From a virus (lineage: Duplodnaviria > Caudoviricetes), in IMG/VR virus record IMGVR_UViG_3300025053_000009, positions 1 to 37,130 of that record: DNA of 37,130 nt. One strand, 5' to 3'. Shown here piece by piece: positions 25,080-33,816 of this stretch. Each line of letters begins with the position of its first letter. Positions within the stretch are counted from its first letter, which is position 1. The position numbers and the translations under genes were made by a program. The notes below the pieces were generated by a model. It made no database searches. It had not been told where the DNA came from and saw only the letters and a program-made list of their open reading frames with translations.

Positions 25080-25996
25080 TGGTTAACCCCATCATCCCCG
25101 GCACCCCAGCCGACCGCACCGGAACGCTCGGCATCCTGCGCCGTGCAGTGCGCGAGATCAACCGCCGATGGGCCGGACTTCAGGCCGATGTGCTGGCCAT
25201 CTTCGAGGTCATCCCGGTCTATGCGATCAACGCGGGTGAGAGCATCGACATGTTCCGCTATGGCTTGCCGCCCGAGCAGATGGCCCGCCTGTCTGCCGAG
25301 CTGCAAGCCGCCGTCGAGCGCTGGATTGCCGATGGGCGCGACCCAGCCAATCTGTTCTGGTGGTCGCAGTACGTGAGCGAGTCGGCGCAGCTGGGCACCG
25401 TGCAGTCGGCCGCGAACCTCGCCAACCTGTCGCCAGCCTACGCCGCCGCACGCAGCATTGAAGCCGTGATCTACAGCGAGCCCTACGTTCAGCGCCTGGC
25501 TATGGCTCAAATCAAGTCCTACGAGCACTGGAACGGCCTGGCCGCGCAGCAGAAGTCCGAGCTGGCCCAGATCATCGGGCGCGCCGTGACGGACGGCAAG
25601 AACCCGAAAGCGGTAGCGGGCGAGATTGCTGCTCGCCTCGATGTCAGCCGCAGCAAGGCCAAGCAGTACGCGCAGACCGACATCACCGACACGTTGCGCC
25701 AGGCGCGCTGGGCAGAGTCGGAGCAGGCGCAGCAGGATTTCGGGCTCAAGCTCGGGCTACTGTGGACTTCGGCGCTGCTGAGGACGACCAGGCCTTGGCA
25801 CGCATCGCGGCATGGCAAGATCTTCACGGCGCTGCAGGTGCGCGAGTTCTACGGCAGGGGCGGGGAAAAGTACAACTGTCACTGTTCCACCACCGAGGCA
25901 CTGCTCGACGCCGACGGCAAGCCGATCCTGACGACCAAGTTGCGCGCCAAGATGGCCGACGAGAAGGTCCAGTGGGACGCTGACAACCCGGCGTGA
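25079..25996 (+). CDS. Minor head morphogenesis protein (SPP1 gp7 / Mu F family)
   Basis: YAQTDIT, TTRPWHASRHG and YNCHCS motifs. Follows the portal. Confidence 0.9.
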   Translation: MVNPIIPGTPADRTGTLGILRRAVREINRRWAGLQADVLAIFEVIPVYAINAGESIDMFRYGLPPEQMARLSAELQAAVERWIADGRDPANLFWWSQYVSESAQLGTVQSAANLANLSPAYAAARSIEAVIYSEPYVQRLAMAQIKSYEHWNGLAAQQKSELAQIIGRAVTDGKNPKAVAGEIAARLDVSRSKAKQYAQTDITDTLRQARWAESEQAQQDFGLKLGLLWTSALLRTTRPWHASRHGKIFTALQVREFYGRGGEKYNCHCSTTEALLDADGKPILTTKLRAKMADEKVQWDADNPA

Positions 25997-25999
25997 TGC

Positions 26000-26010
26000 C
26001 TCCCTAGCAT
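26000..26010 (+). promoter_or_regulatory. Late motif copy 2 (CTCCCTAGCAT)
   Basis: 7 nt before ATG 26018. Confidence 0.7.
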
Positions 26011-26017
26011 GGGATGC

Positions 26018-27322
26018 ATGAAAAAGCAGCGCATCCACATCCTGAGCGCCGTGAACGCGGCCAACGTCAGCAAAGCTGGCGGCACCTACACGATCCGCGA
26101 TGTTGTCGGCGCGGTCGATCAGATCGTCATGAACGGCATGCTGTACCCGGGCGACCAGCTCGCGGCGGGGGCTGCCACCCTCGAAGGCAAGCCGGCGCCG
26201 GCAGGCCACCCGAAGAACAGCCAAGGGCAGTTCATCAGTGCCCTGAACGGCGAGGCTTTGGCCTCTGCCTGGGTCGGCTCCTACTGCCGCAACGCGCGCC
26301 ACGAAGGCGGCCGTACCCTGGTTGATGTGGTGGTCAACGAGGCTCAGGCCCGCGCGCACCCCGAGGGCGCCAAGCTGGTCGAGCGCCTGGATGCCGCCAT
26401 CGCTGGCACCAATGCCGAGCCGATCCATGTCTCGACCGGTCTGATGGCCAATGCCATCAACGCCAGCGGCGAGAGCCTGGGCAAGAAGTACAGCCGCATC
26501 GCGACCGACCTGCAGTATGACCATCTGGCGATCTTGCTCAACGAGAGCGGCGCCGGCACGCCGGCAGATGGCGTCGGCATGTTCCTGAACGCTGCAGGCG
26601 AGCCCGAGCAGGTCGAGCAAGTCGTCATCAACACCGAGCCCGAGGACCGGCGCACGCGCGGCCTGCTGGGCTGGATCAAGCGCCTGATCGGCAACAGCGA
26701 CAGCTACGACCTGTCGTTCGACCAGATTCACGAGGGCCTGCGCAAGCTGATTCCGTCCGACACCTGGATTCGCGAGGTCTACACGAAGTCGGTGATCTGG
26801 GTCGACAACGACAACCGCTACTGGCGCCAGGATTACCACGTTTCCTCGGATGGCGTCTCCCTAGCATTACTCGGTGAGCCTGTCGAGGTTGTTCGGCAGG
26901 TGAAGTACGAACCCATCGAAACGCAAGGAGCCGACCCGATGAAAGAGCAGATTCTCGCCGCGCTGAACGCTGCCGGCATTTCCGTGGCGGGGCTGGATGA
27001 TTCCCAGCTGCTCGCCACCTACAGCTCCCTGGCCGCCAAGCCGGCGCAAGATGCGCTGACCGCTGCGAACTCCAAGCTGGCACAGCTCGAGGCCAATGCG
27101 CAAGCCGCTGACGCTGCAGAGCTGGACAAGCTGGCTGCTCAGATGACCGTCAATTCGGTGCTGACGGTCGATGACCTCAAGGCGCTGGGTCTGAAGCGCC
27201 TGCGCGAGATCCAGGCCAACGCCAAGGGCGCCGCCCCTGTGCTGACTGGCAACAGCCAGCAAACCAAGGCCGACGACTTCGCCGGCTACACCCTCAACGC
27301 CCACATGGAAGGAGCCAAGTAA
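26018..27322 (+). CDS. Prohead protease/scaffold protein (DUF2213-like)
   Basis: AGHP, IHVSTGL and YDHLAILLNESGAGTP motifs, an Ala-rich helical C-terminus, and its position. Confidence 0.85.
   Translation: MKKQRIHILSAVNAANVSKAGGTYTIRDVVGAVDQIVMNGMLYPGDQLAAGAATLEGKPAPAGHPKNSQGQFISALNGEALASAWVGSYCRNARHEGGRTLVDVVVNEAQARAHPEGAKLVERLDAAIAGTNAEPIHVSTGLMANAINASGESLGKKYSRIATDLQYDHLAILLNESGAGTPADGVGMFLNAAGEPEQVEQVVINTEPEDRRTRGLLGWIKRLIGNSDSYDLSFDQIHEGLRKLIPSDTWIREVYTKSVIWVDNDNRYWRQDYHVSSDGVSLALLGEPVEVVRQVKYEPIETQGADPMKEQILAALNAAGISVAGLDDSQLLATYSSLAAKPAQDALTAANSKLAQLEANAQAADAAELDKLAAQMTVNSVLTVDDLKALGLKRLREIQANAKGAAPVLTGNSQQTKADDFAGYTLNAHMEGAK
26857..26867 (+). promoter_or_regulatory. Late motif copy 3 (intragenic CTCCCTAGCAT)
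   Basis: Exact copy, encoded by rare codons CTA and TTA, about 70 nt upstream of an internal SD and ATG. Confidence 0.6.
26939..27322 (+). CDS. Nested in-frame scaffolding protein (127 aa)
   Basis: AAGGAG SD 8 nt before in-frame ATG (MKEQILAALN). Analogous to lambda Nu3 within C. Confidence 0.6.
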   Translation: MKEQILAALNAAGISVAGLDDSQLLATYSSLAAKPAQDALTAANSKLAQLEANAQAADAAELDKLAAQMTVNSVLTVDDLKALGLKRLREIQANAKGAAPVLTGNSQQTKADDFAGYTLNAHMEGAK

Positions 27323-27756
27323 TGGCAAACCGCGTTTTCCGAGGCCCGGCCAAGCGCGAGCCGCGCACCATCTCCGATCGTATCGTCAGCGGCGCGCTGC
27401 TGCCGTGCACTGGCGTCGTCGTGGGTGCTACCCAGTTCACCCAGGCCACGGCCGTCAGCGGCGGCCGCCTGGCACTGCTGTGCAACCGCGACTTCTACGA
27501 GCAGTCGCTGACCGATGCCTATGTCTCGGGCGACACCGGCGTTGCGCTGCGCCTGGAGCCCGAGCTCGAGGTGCAGTGGGCGATGGCTGCAGGCACCTAC
27601 ACCACCGGCCAGGAGCTGACCGTGGGCGCGTCCGGTCGACTGCAGGCTGCTGCTGCGGGCTCCATCGTCGTTGCCTACTTCGACCAGGTCGGCGCCGCCC
27701 TCACGGCGGGCCAGCTGGCCGATGTCGTGATCGCCAACTACTACACCAAGGCATAA
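27322..27756 (+). CDS. Head decoration/cement protein
   Basis: 144 aa beta-rich protein between scaffold and capsid. AAGGAG SD. Confidence 0.75.
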   Translation: MANRVFRGPAKREPRTISDRIVSGALLPCTGVVVGATQFTQATAVSGGRLALLCNRDFYEQSLTDAYVSGDTGVALRLEPELEVQWAMAAGTYTTGQELTVGASGRLQAAAAGSIVVAYFDQVGAALTAGQLADVVIANYYTKA

Positions 27757-27765
27757 GGACACCCC

Positions 27766-28750
27766 ATGCTGCTGAAATTCACCGATGAGCAAAACGGCTT
27801 CATCCTCAACGAGCGCCGCAACTTCAACGCCTCGCAAGAAGCCCTCGCGCAGCGCCTGCCGCAAGCCGGCCTGCTGATCGGCAACGCCTCCCCGCTGCCG
27901 CGCGAGGTCTGGGGTCGCTGGGACCAGGAAGCAGTGCAGCTCAACCGCTCGCGCCTGGCCGTGTTCAACGAGTTCGTTGACCTGTCCGAGCCGGTACCCA
28001 TCGGCGTGCTGGTCAGCCACTTCGCCCAGGTCGGCGATTCCGGAGCCGTCTCTGTCACGATGGACGGCCGCGAGGATGGCAAGACCGACGCGCCCGAGAT
28101 CAACTACATCGGCACCCCGGTCCCGATCATCAAGAGCCCCTTCAGCTTCGGCTGGCGTCAGATCGAAGCCATGCGCCGCTCGGGCTCCAACACGCTCGAG
28201 AGCGCCGCCAGCGCCAACGCGCAGCGCAAGGTCGCCGAGAAGATGGAAGACCTGATGCTCAACGGCGACTCCAAGGTCGTCGTGGCGGGCGCGCAACCTG
28301 CCGCAGCGCAACACCGGCACCCACGCGCTCGACCTCAACGGGGCGACCGGCGCCAACTGGCTGGCGGCCGTCACCGCAGCGATGCAAAAGCTGATCGGCG
28401 ACAGCTTCTTCGACCCTGTGACCATCTTCCTGAACTACGCCGACTGGTTCTTTGCCAGCACGAACGAGTTCGCGGCCGGCTACCCCAAGACCATCTTGCA
28501 GCGCCTGATGGAGATCCCCGGCATCGCCAAGATCGTCCCGGCTTCGTCCGTGCCGGCCAACGAGGTGATCGGCGTGGTCAAGCGCCGCGATGTTGTCAAG
28601 CTGCTCAACGGCATGCCGATGGTCACGCGACCGAAGACCCGCCTCGACCCCGAGGACGACTACAAGTTCGACGTGCTCGCCGCCGTCGCCCCGCAACTGC
28701 AGCACGACGCCAGCGGCAACTGCGGCATCGTCCAACTTACCAAGGCCTGA
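27766..28750 (+). pseudogene. Major capsid protein, frameshifted near 28297
   Basis: Frame 1 is protein-like up to VVAGAQ (28296). Coding-like sequence continues in the +1 frame (LPQRNTG...IVQLTKA, stop 28750). Confidence 0.85.
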
Positions 28751-28752
28751 TC

Positions 28753-28992
28753 ATGAAGCTGACCATCACGCATCTCAAGGCCGCATGGCCTGCCGGCACC
28801 GTGGTCGGCGACGTGATCGAGCTCGCCAGCGTGCCCGCCTGGGCCGTTGGCAAGTGCGCTCCCGCTGGCGATGATGCCAAAGTGACTGCCGGCGTCCTGC
28901 TGGCTGAAGACGGTGGCGACACTGCGACCGGCGACGGCACTGGCGAAGCGTTGCCGCCGATCAAGACCGCCCGCACCAAGGCCGCAAAATGA
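28753..28992 (+). CDS. Small head-associated protein (79 aa)
   Basis: MKLTITHLKAAWP..., 2 nt after the capsid stop. Confidence 0.75.
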   Translation: MKLTITHLKAAWPAGTVVGDVIELASVPAWAVGKCAPAGDDAKVTAGVLLAEDGGDTATGDGTGEALPPIKTARTKAAK

Positions 28993-29360
28993 TCACAAGC
29001 GCGCAGGCTACACAGTACCTCGATCAGATGCTGGGCGTCGGTGCGCCGGCGTTCTTGATCGAGGCAGCCATTTTCGACGTTGAAGATCGAGAGCAGGCGC
29101 TTGACGATGCTGGCTATTCGGAATCTGCAATCGTGCGAATCCAGTGCATGACGGTCGCCATTCTTGTGGCCGCCGGCGACCCCAAGCGCACCAGCTCGCA
29201 AGGCGCTGCCTCCGGGGCGTCGCGCAGCTTTCGCTTCAAGGATGGCGATCTATCTGCGCTCCGTCGATCGCTAGCCGCGCTGGACACGGCTGGCGTCATG
29301 TCCGACCTGGTGGGTGCCGATCCCACTGGTGCCGCCACAGCCTTCGTGATGGTGGTCTGA
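28989..29360 (+). CDS. Head-tail adaptor protein
   Basis: Position and size. SSQGAASGASRSF...LAALDTAG motif. Confidence 0.75.
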   Translation: MITSAQATQYLDQMLGVGAPAFLIEAAIFDVEDREQALDDAGYSESAIVRIQCMTVAILVAAGDPKRTSSQGAASGASRSFRFKDGDLSALRRSLAALDTAGVMSDLVGADPTGAATAFVMVV

Positions 29361-29701
29361 TGAGTGCGTCCGCCGCCTGGAGCTACACGAGCACGGCTAC
29401 CCATTGGGCTCAGGCCGGCCATGGCGACTGGGACGGCACCAAGACATGGGCCGCGCCCGTCGCGTTTGCCTGCGACTACAAGGCCGAGGCCAAGACCATG
29501 ACCGATGCAGCCGGGAAGGAGTTTGTCGCGCGCCAGGTGCTCTACACCGAGCGCAGCGCGATCCAGCCGGGCGATATGGTGCTGATTGGTGCTCATTCCG
29601 GGACCGACCCGGTCGCGGCAGGCGCCGCCGAGGTCCGCAGCGTGACCCGGTACGCCGACACGTTCGACCTGGCCGCCGACGATTACATGGTGGCCACATG
29701 A
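29360..29701 (+). CDS. Head closure protein
   Basis: MSASAAWSYT...TDAAGKEFV. Position and coupled start. Confidence 0.75.
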   Translation: MSASAAWSYTSTATHWAQAGHGDWDGTKTWAAPVAFACDYKAEAKTMTDAAGKEFVARQVLYTERSAIQPGDMVLIGAHSGTDPVAAGAAEVRSVTRYADTFDLAADDYMVAT

Positions 29702-30048
29702 GCCGCGCCCGCATCACGAACCGCCTGCCTCAGTTCCTGTCTGCCGTCGAGCAGAAGGCTGCGCGCGGCGTCACGCAGGCGCTGATCCTGGGGGCGAGCG
29801 AGGCCAGCGTCATGACGCCGGTCGACACGAGCACGCTGCTGAATAGCCAGTTCCGCGGCGTCACGAAAGACGGCTCCAAGATCGTCGGGACCGTGGGCTA
29901 TACGGCTGAGTACGCCAAGTACGTGCACGACCCGAACGTCAAGCAGCGGTTCAGGCGTTCGACAGCAGAAAAAGAGTTCCTTCGCAAGGGTTTCGAGGAA
30001 GCTGAGCCGAATATCCGGGCCGTCATCTCGGGCGCCATCAAGACCTGA
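29698..30048 (+). CDS. HK97 gp10-like neck/tail completion protein
   Basis: TPVDTSTLLNS, VGYTAEYAKYVH and EKEFL motifs. Confidence 0.85.
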   Translation: MSRARITNRLPQFLSAVEQKAARGVTQALILGASEASVMTPVDTSTLLNSQFRGVTKDGSKIVGTVGYTAEYAKYVHDPNVKQRFRRSTAEKEFLRKGFEEAEPNIRAVISGAIKT

Positions 30049-30063
30049 TCCTGCGCGCCGGCG

Positions 30064-30110
30064 CCGCCAGGAACCTCGCGTAGCAATGCGCGAGGTGGCG
30101 GGCTTTTTCA
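30064..30110 (+). terminator. Intrinsic terminator
   Basis: CCGCCA..CCTCGCG-TAGCAATG-CGCGAGG-TGGCGG followed by GCTTTTT. Confidence 0.75.
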
Positions 30111-30124
30111 TGACTGGGCGGCGC

Positions 30125-30135
30125 CTTCCTAGCAT
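30125..30135 (+). promoter_or_regulatory. Late motif copy 4 (CTTCCTAGCAT, one mismatch)
   Basis: Right after the terminator, upstream of the inserted module. Confidence 0.6.
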
Positions 30136-30212
30136 GGCCGGTATCTGAATTGAGGTTGATACAGCCATCGACTGAAACGAAATGACCATCACCAAGCAAA
30201 AAGGATTTCAAA

Positions 30213-30986
30213 ATGCCTAACGTCACCTTGCCGGCAGTCGGCGTCGTCGTCGCTACCGAATCGGCCTCCGGTGCTGAAGTTCAAGTCACGCGCCTGGATA
30301 TTGGCGGATCAGCTGGCATCTCAACAGTGTCCGGCGCCAATCCGCTGCCTGTGATGTTGTCCGGTGCGGCAACCGATGAGAAGCAGGACGAGCAGGCCGC
30401 CTTGCTTGATGCCATTGCTGCAGCTGTGGCAACAGCAGCAAATCAGGAGTTGCAGAAGAGTGTCCTTGATTTGATGCTGGAGAAGATGAATTCCGGCCTG
30501 TCGGTCACTGGCTATACGAACATCACCAGCGCGGAATTCACCAGGCCGGCGAACACTACGGCATATTCCGCAATGGATTCGGTCGCCAACGATGTTGCGG
30601 CACCTTTGCCTATTTCGTTCGAGAATTCCGCGCGCGTGGCCGGCGGTTCTGGCTACGTTACCAAAGCCAAGATTTCGACCAACGTATCGACCAACAACGT
30701 CCGCTATCGACTGAACCTGTATTCAGCGGCGCCGGTCGCGGTCGCCGATAATGCGCTGTTCACGCGCCTGTGGGCTGACCGCGCGATCCTGGTGGGCTGG
30801 ATCGACTTCGACGGCATGACCACCGAAGGCGCTGGATCGAACGCAGCGGTTTCGATTACTTCGTCTGTTCGACTGCCGTACAAGTGCGCAGGAACGGCCC
30901 TGTTCGGTCTGCTGGAAACCAGGGACGCATTCACGCCGACTTCGGGGCAGCAGTTCAGCATTGAACTTACTGTGGAGACTAACTAA
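30213..30986 (+). CDS. Putative virion accessory structural protein (257 aa)
   Basis: AAGGA SD. Short coiled coil followed by a beta-rich domain (FTRPANTTAY). Confidence 0.7.
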   Translation: MPNVTLPAVGVVVATESASGAEVQVTRLDIGGSAGISTVSGANPLPVMLSGAATDEKQDEQAALLDAIAAAVATAANQELQKSVLDLMLEKMNSGLSVTGYTNITSAEFTRPANTTAYSAMDSVANDVAAPLPISFENSARVAGGSGYVTKAKISTNVSTNNVRYRLNLYSAAPVAVADNALFTRLWADRAILVGWIDFDGMTTEGAGSNAAVSITSSVRLPYKCAGTALFGLLETRDAFTPTSGQQFSIELTVETN

Positions 30987-32590
30987 TGCGCCCGGTACAC
31001 AGTGCGCGAACGGCGCATGGCGGATTCGGAAATAGATCGCGGGACTACTCTTTCGCCGAGGTCCGTGGCGGGTTTATGGGCGTGCGCAACGACACCACCG
31101 ACCCGGCAAAGTTCTACGTTTACACGCGCAGTTCTGTTGCTGGGTCTTGCTGGGTCGGGTTCGTCACCGGGTCGGAGGCGTACTTTCATTACGGTTTTGG
31201 AAGTCCGTTTGTTTTTGATCCAAATATTTATCTATGGGTTTCCGTCGATGGAAACATACCAACACAGGCGAAGCTTCATAGTATCCAACGGATTCAGCTG
31301 TTCAAGGATCTTGAAGACAAGAAGCATTTGGTTGCTGTCTGGCCTGTTGCTGGAAATAATAAGTATTTCGACACGGCGGCAAAGGCCCAGCTGACCGTTA
31401 TCGGAAGCAACCCTACTTATGAGGGCATCAAGTCGAGCGTGACCTGCGGTGACTTCAACCCATTGACAGTGCAGCAGAGCTGCCTGGCGGATCTTGACTA
31501 CGCCGCAATCCCTAACGGCGCCACACCGTCCAGGATGCCAAGCCGAATTTCCAGTGGTTATATTGGAACTAACGTGCTCGGCATTGCCGTCAGTGGTGAA
31601 GACCCTGGGCCATCTGCCGCTATTCGGTTCAGAACCGCGTCAAACTATCTGATCATCACTTCGTATTCCAGGACTGTCTTCGTTAGCATAGATGGGCAGC
31701 AGTCAACGCGTTATGACGTGGCGGACTGGAACGGCGACTGGGGCCAGCGTGAATGGCCGTACCGCGATATTCCTGGTGAAGTATTTTACGACAGCGATGA
31801 AATCGCGCGGAATATGTTCGGCAAGGGGCAAATAGCGTACGGCGCACTTCCATGGGTGGCTTACATAAAGCTGGACGGGCAGGAGCATACATACAATGTT
31901 TGGACGGGCACCGTTCAATCAATGAATCAGCTGTTTTGCATCGGAATGGACGGTGATTTTGTCGATGTCGGTCCTAAGCGCCGGCTTGACCAGTTCGGCG
32001 ATTCGATCACGGCCGGTCTGTCATCGTCGTCTGGCGCTGGTGAGTGCGAGGTCCATGATGTCGCATCGCATTTCGGGTATGTCGGTTGTTCTCACGGTTA
32101 TTCCGGTGAATCGACGATTAACTTGAATATCCGTCTTGGTCTGCTGCTGCAGCGGTTTGGGCATATTACAGGCAATGATGTTGCGATTCTGACAGAGGGC
32201 CGGAACGGCGCGCAGGCCGGCGGAACACAGGACGGAGGCGGCGCACTTGGCGCTATTTCCGCGACGTTCCCGAATGGCGAGCTTACGGCTTACTCTAACT
32301 GTGTGACCCAGCTGCTTAACCGTGGCTACGGGAAAGTTCTTGTGCGCGGAGTGCTGCCTGAAATTTTCCCGGCAAGTGATGTGCTTCCTGCGCGAAGCTG
32401 GCACTGGCGAACCCGGAACGAGTCAATCAGGGCGATGGTCGATTCGTTCAATGACCCTAGGGTTGTTTACATTGACGTTATTCCGTTCGAGGGAAATTGG
32501 CGTGCCACGCGGGGTCAAACGCACCCGAATGACATCGGGTACAAAGACCTTACCGAGCTTTGTAAGGTTGCGTATGCTCCGCACCTATAA
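30986..32590 (+). CDS. Protein with C-terminal SGNH/GDSL hydrolase domain
   Basis: Block I FGDSIT, II GYSG, III EGRN and V THPNDIGY. Aromatic, beta-rich N-terminal part. AT-richer than flanks. Confidence 0.85.
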   Translation: MRPVHSARTAHGGFGNRSRDYSFAEVRGGFMGVRNDTTDPAKFYVYTRSSVAGSCWVGFVTGSEAYFHYGFGSPFVFDPNIYLWVSVDGNIPTQAKLHSIQRIQLFKDLEDKKHLVAVWPVAGNNKYFDTAAKAQLTVIGSNPTYEGIKSSVTCGDFNPLTVQQSCLADLDYAAIPNGATPSRMPSRISSGYIGTNVLGIAVSGEDPGPSAAIRFRTASNYLIITSYSRTVFVSIDGQQSTRYDVADWNGDWGQREWPYRDIPGEVFYDSDEIARNMFGKGQIAYGALPWVAYIKLDGQEHTYNVWTGTVQSMNQLFCIGMDGDFVDVGPKRRLDQFGDSITAGLSSSSGAGECEVHDVASHFGYVGCSHGYSGESTINLNIRLGLLLQRFGHITGNDVAILTEGRNGAQAGGTQDGGGALGAISATFPNGELTAYSNCVTQLLNRGYGKVLVRGVLPEIFPASDVLPARSWHWRTRNESIRAMVDSFNDPRVVYIDVIPFEGNWRATRGQTHPNDIGYKDLTELCKVAYAPHL

Positions 32591-32601
32591 GGAGTCATAA
32601 A

Positions 32602-32973
32602 GTGCTGCTTCTGTTATTCGGATCTGGCTTGCCGCTGAAAGTCAATCCATCGTACCTGTATACCGGGCAAAAACTGCTTCCTCCCAAACGAGATACGGAT
32701 CGCGTGTGTATTACGGTGGATTTCAAAGATACGCTCGCGCAGGGTGAGACTATTACCAGCGCAGAATGGATGGTTGAGAAATCCGGGCAGCCAGGAGTTA
32801 ATTTGACTGAAATGGTCTATTCCATTTCTGTTATCGATGGGACGAAGGTGTTGCAGATGATCGAGGGTGGCGAGTCGGGCGCGTCTTATGAGCCGTATTG
32901 CATTGCTTTCACGTCGAGCTTTCAAAAATTATCGCTGCCCGAGCCTGGGCGCGGCATTCTGAAAGTGCGGTGA
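32602..32973 (+). CDS. Fibre/spike adaptor-like protein (123 aa)
   Basis: PKRDTD...VDFKDTLAQGETITSAEW...IEGGESGASY pattern. AAGGAG SD with GTG start. Confidence 0.65.
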   Translation: MLLLLFGSGLPLKVNPSYLYTGQKLLPPKRDTDRVCITVDFKDTLAQGETITSAEWMVEKSGQPGVNLTEMVYSISVIDGTKVLQMIEGGESGASYEPYCIAFTSSFQKLSLPEPGRGILKVR

Positions 32974-32978
32974 TGCAT

Positions 32979-32989
32979 CTCCCTAGCAT
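32979..32989 (+). promoter_or_regulatory. Late motif copy 5 (CTCCCTAGCAT)
   Basis: 6 nt before ATG 32996. Confidence 0.7.
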
Positions 32990-32995
32990 CGCCAC

Positions 32996-33346
32996 ATGAG
33001 CCAAGCCGCAGACGCCATCCGTAATCTGATCTCACCCCTGTTGCCGGGCTGGCGCGTCCAGTTCGGTCGCTGGATCGACGGCGCACCGACCGATCGCTTC
33101 GCGGTGATCCGGCCCGTAGGCGGCATGCCTGCCTCGCTGGTGCGCCGACCCGCCTTCACGCTGATGCTGATCGGCGCAGTGGGAGATGCGGCCAGCGTGC
33201 CCGATCTGAAGGCCAACACCATCGTCGAAGCCATGCGCGCGAGCAGCGGCTCCATCGTTTCCATGACTCCGGGCGAGCCGGTGTTTTTCGCCACCGATGA
33301 CGGCCGCCCAGTCATCGAGATCTCGATTTCCACTATCACAAACTGA
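32996..33346 (+). CDS. Tail terminator-like protein
   Basis: Position before the tail tube, size, and TDDGRPV motif. Confidence 0.7.
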   Translation: MSQAADAIRNLISPLLPGWRVQFGRWIDGAPTDRFAVIRPVGGMPASLVRRPAFTLMLIGAVGDAASVPDLKANTIVEAMRASSGSIVSMTPGEPVFFATDDGRPVIEISISTITN

Positions 33347-33360
33347 AGGAGCCTCCCGCC

Positions 33361-33816
33361 ATGAGTGCACATAACGGCAAGGACTGCCTGGTCGAATTTG
33401 CCATCCAACCCGAAACCGCAGCCGTCCCGACCGTCTGGACGACGCTGGGCATGATGCGCACCAAGAGCATGTCCGGAACCTGGGACACTGCGGATTCGAC
33501 TGCCGACAGCACGCCCGACAGCTCCAAGACGGCCATTGCCACCCGCAAGAGCTGCAGCTTTTCCGGCGATGGCGTGAGCCGCGAAGAGGCGATCCACGGC
33601 CAGCGCGCGCTGAAAAATCAGTTCTACAACCCTGGTGCTGCGACCCAAAACCAGCCCAAGGCCTGGATCAAGCTGAGTTACCCGACTGGCGAGACCTTCA
33701 CCGGCCCGTTCCTGATGACCAGCTGGAAGGATGACGCGCCCACTGACGATGTCTGCACCTGGAGCCTCGAGGCCACCGGCAACGGCAACGTGGTCTACGA
33801 CGACGGCGTGGTCTGA
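33361..33816 (+). CDS. Major tail tube protein
   Basis: LGMMRTKS....WDTADSTAD, SFSGDG and APTDDVCTWSLE motifs. AAGGAG SD. Confidence 0.88.
   Translation: MSAHNGKDCLVEFAIQPETAAVPTVWTTLGMMRTKSMSGTWDTADSTADSTPDSSKTAIATRKSCSFSGDGVSREEAIHGQRALKNQFYNPGAATQNQPKAWIKLSYPTGETFTGPFLMTSWKDDAPTDDVCTWSLEATGNGNVVYDDGVV

Noticed and set aside
27766-28992. 408-aa ORF as a genuine capsid fusion protein
   Set aside because: The middle third is out-of-frame Arg/His-rich sequence. It is better explained by a frameshift plus a separate 79-aa gene.
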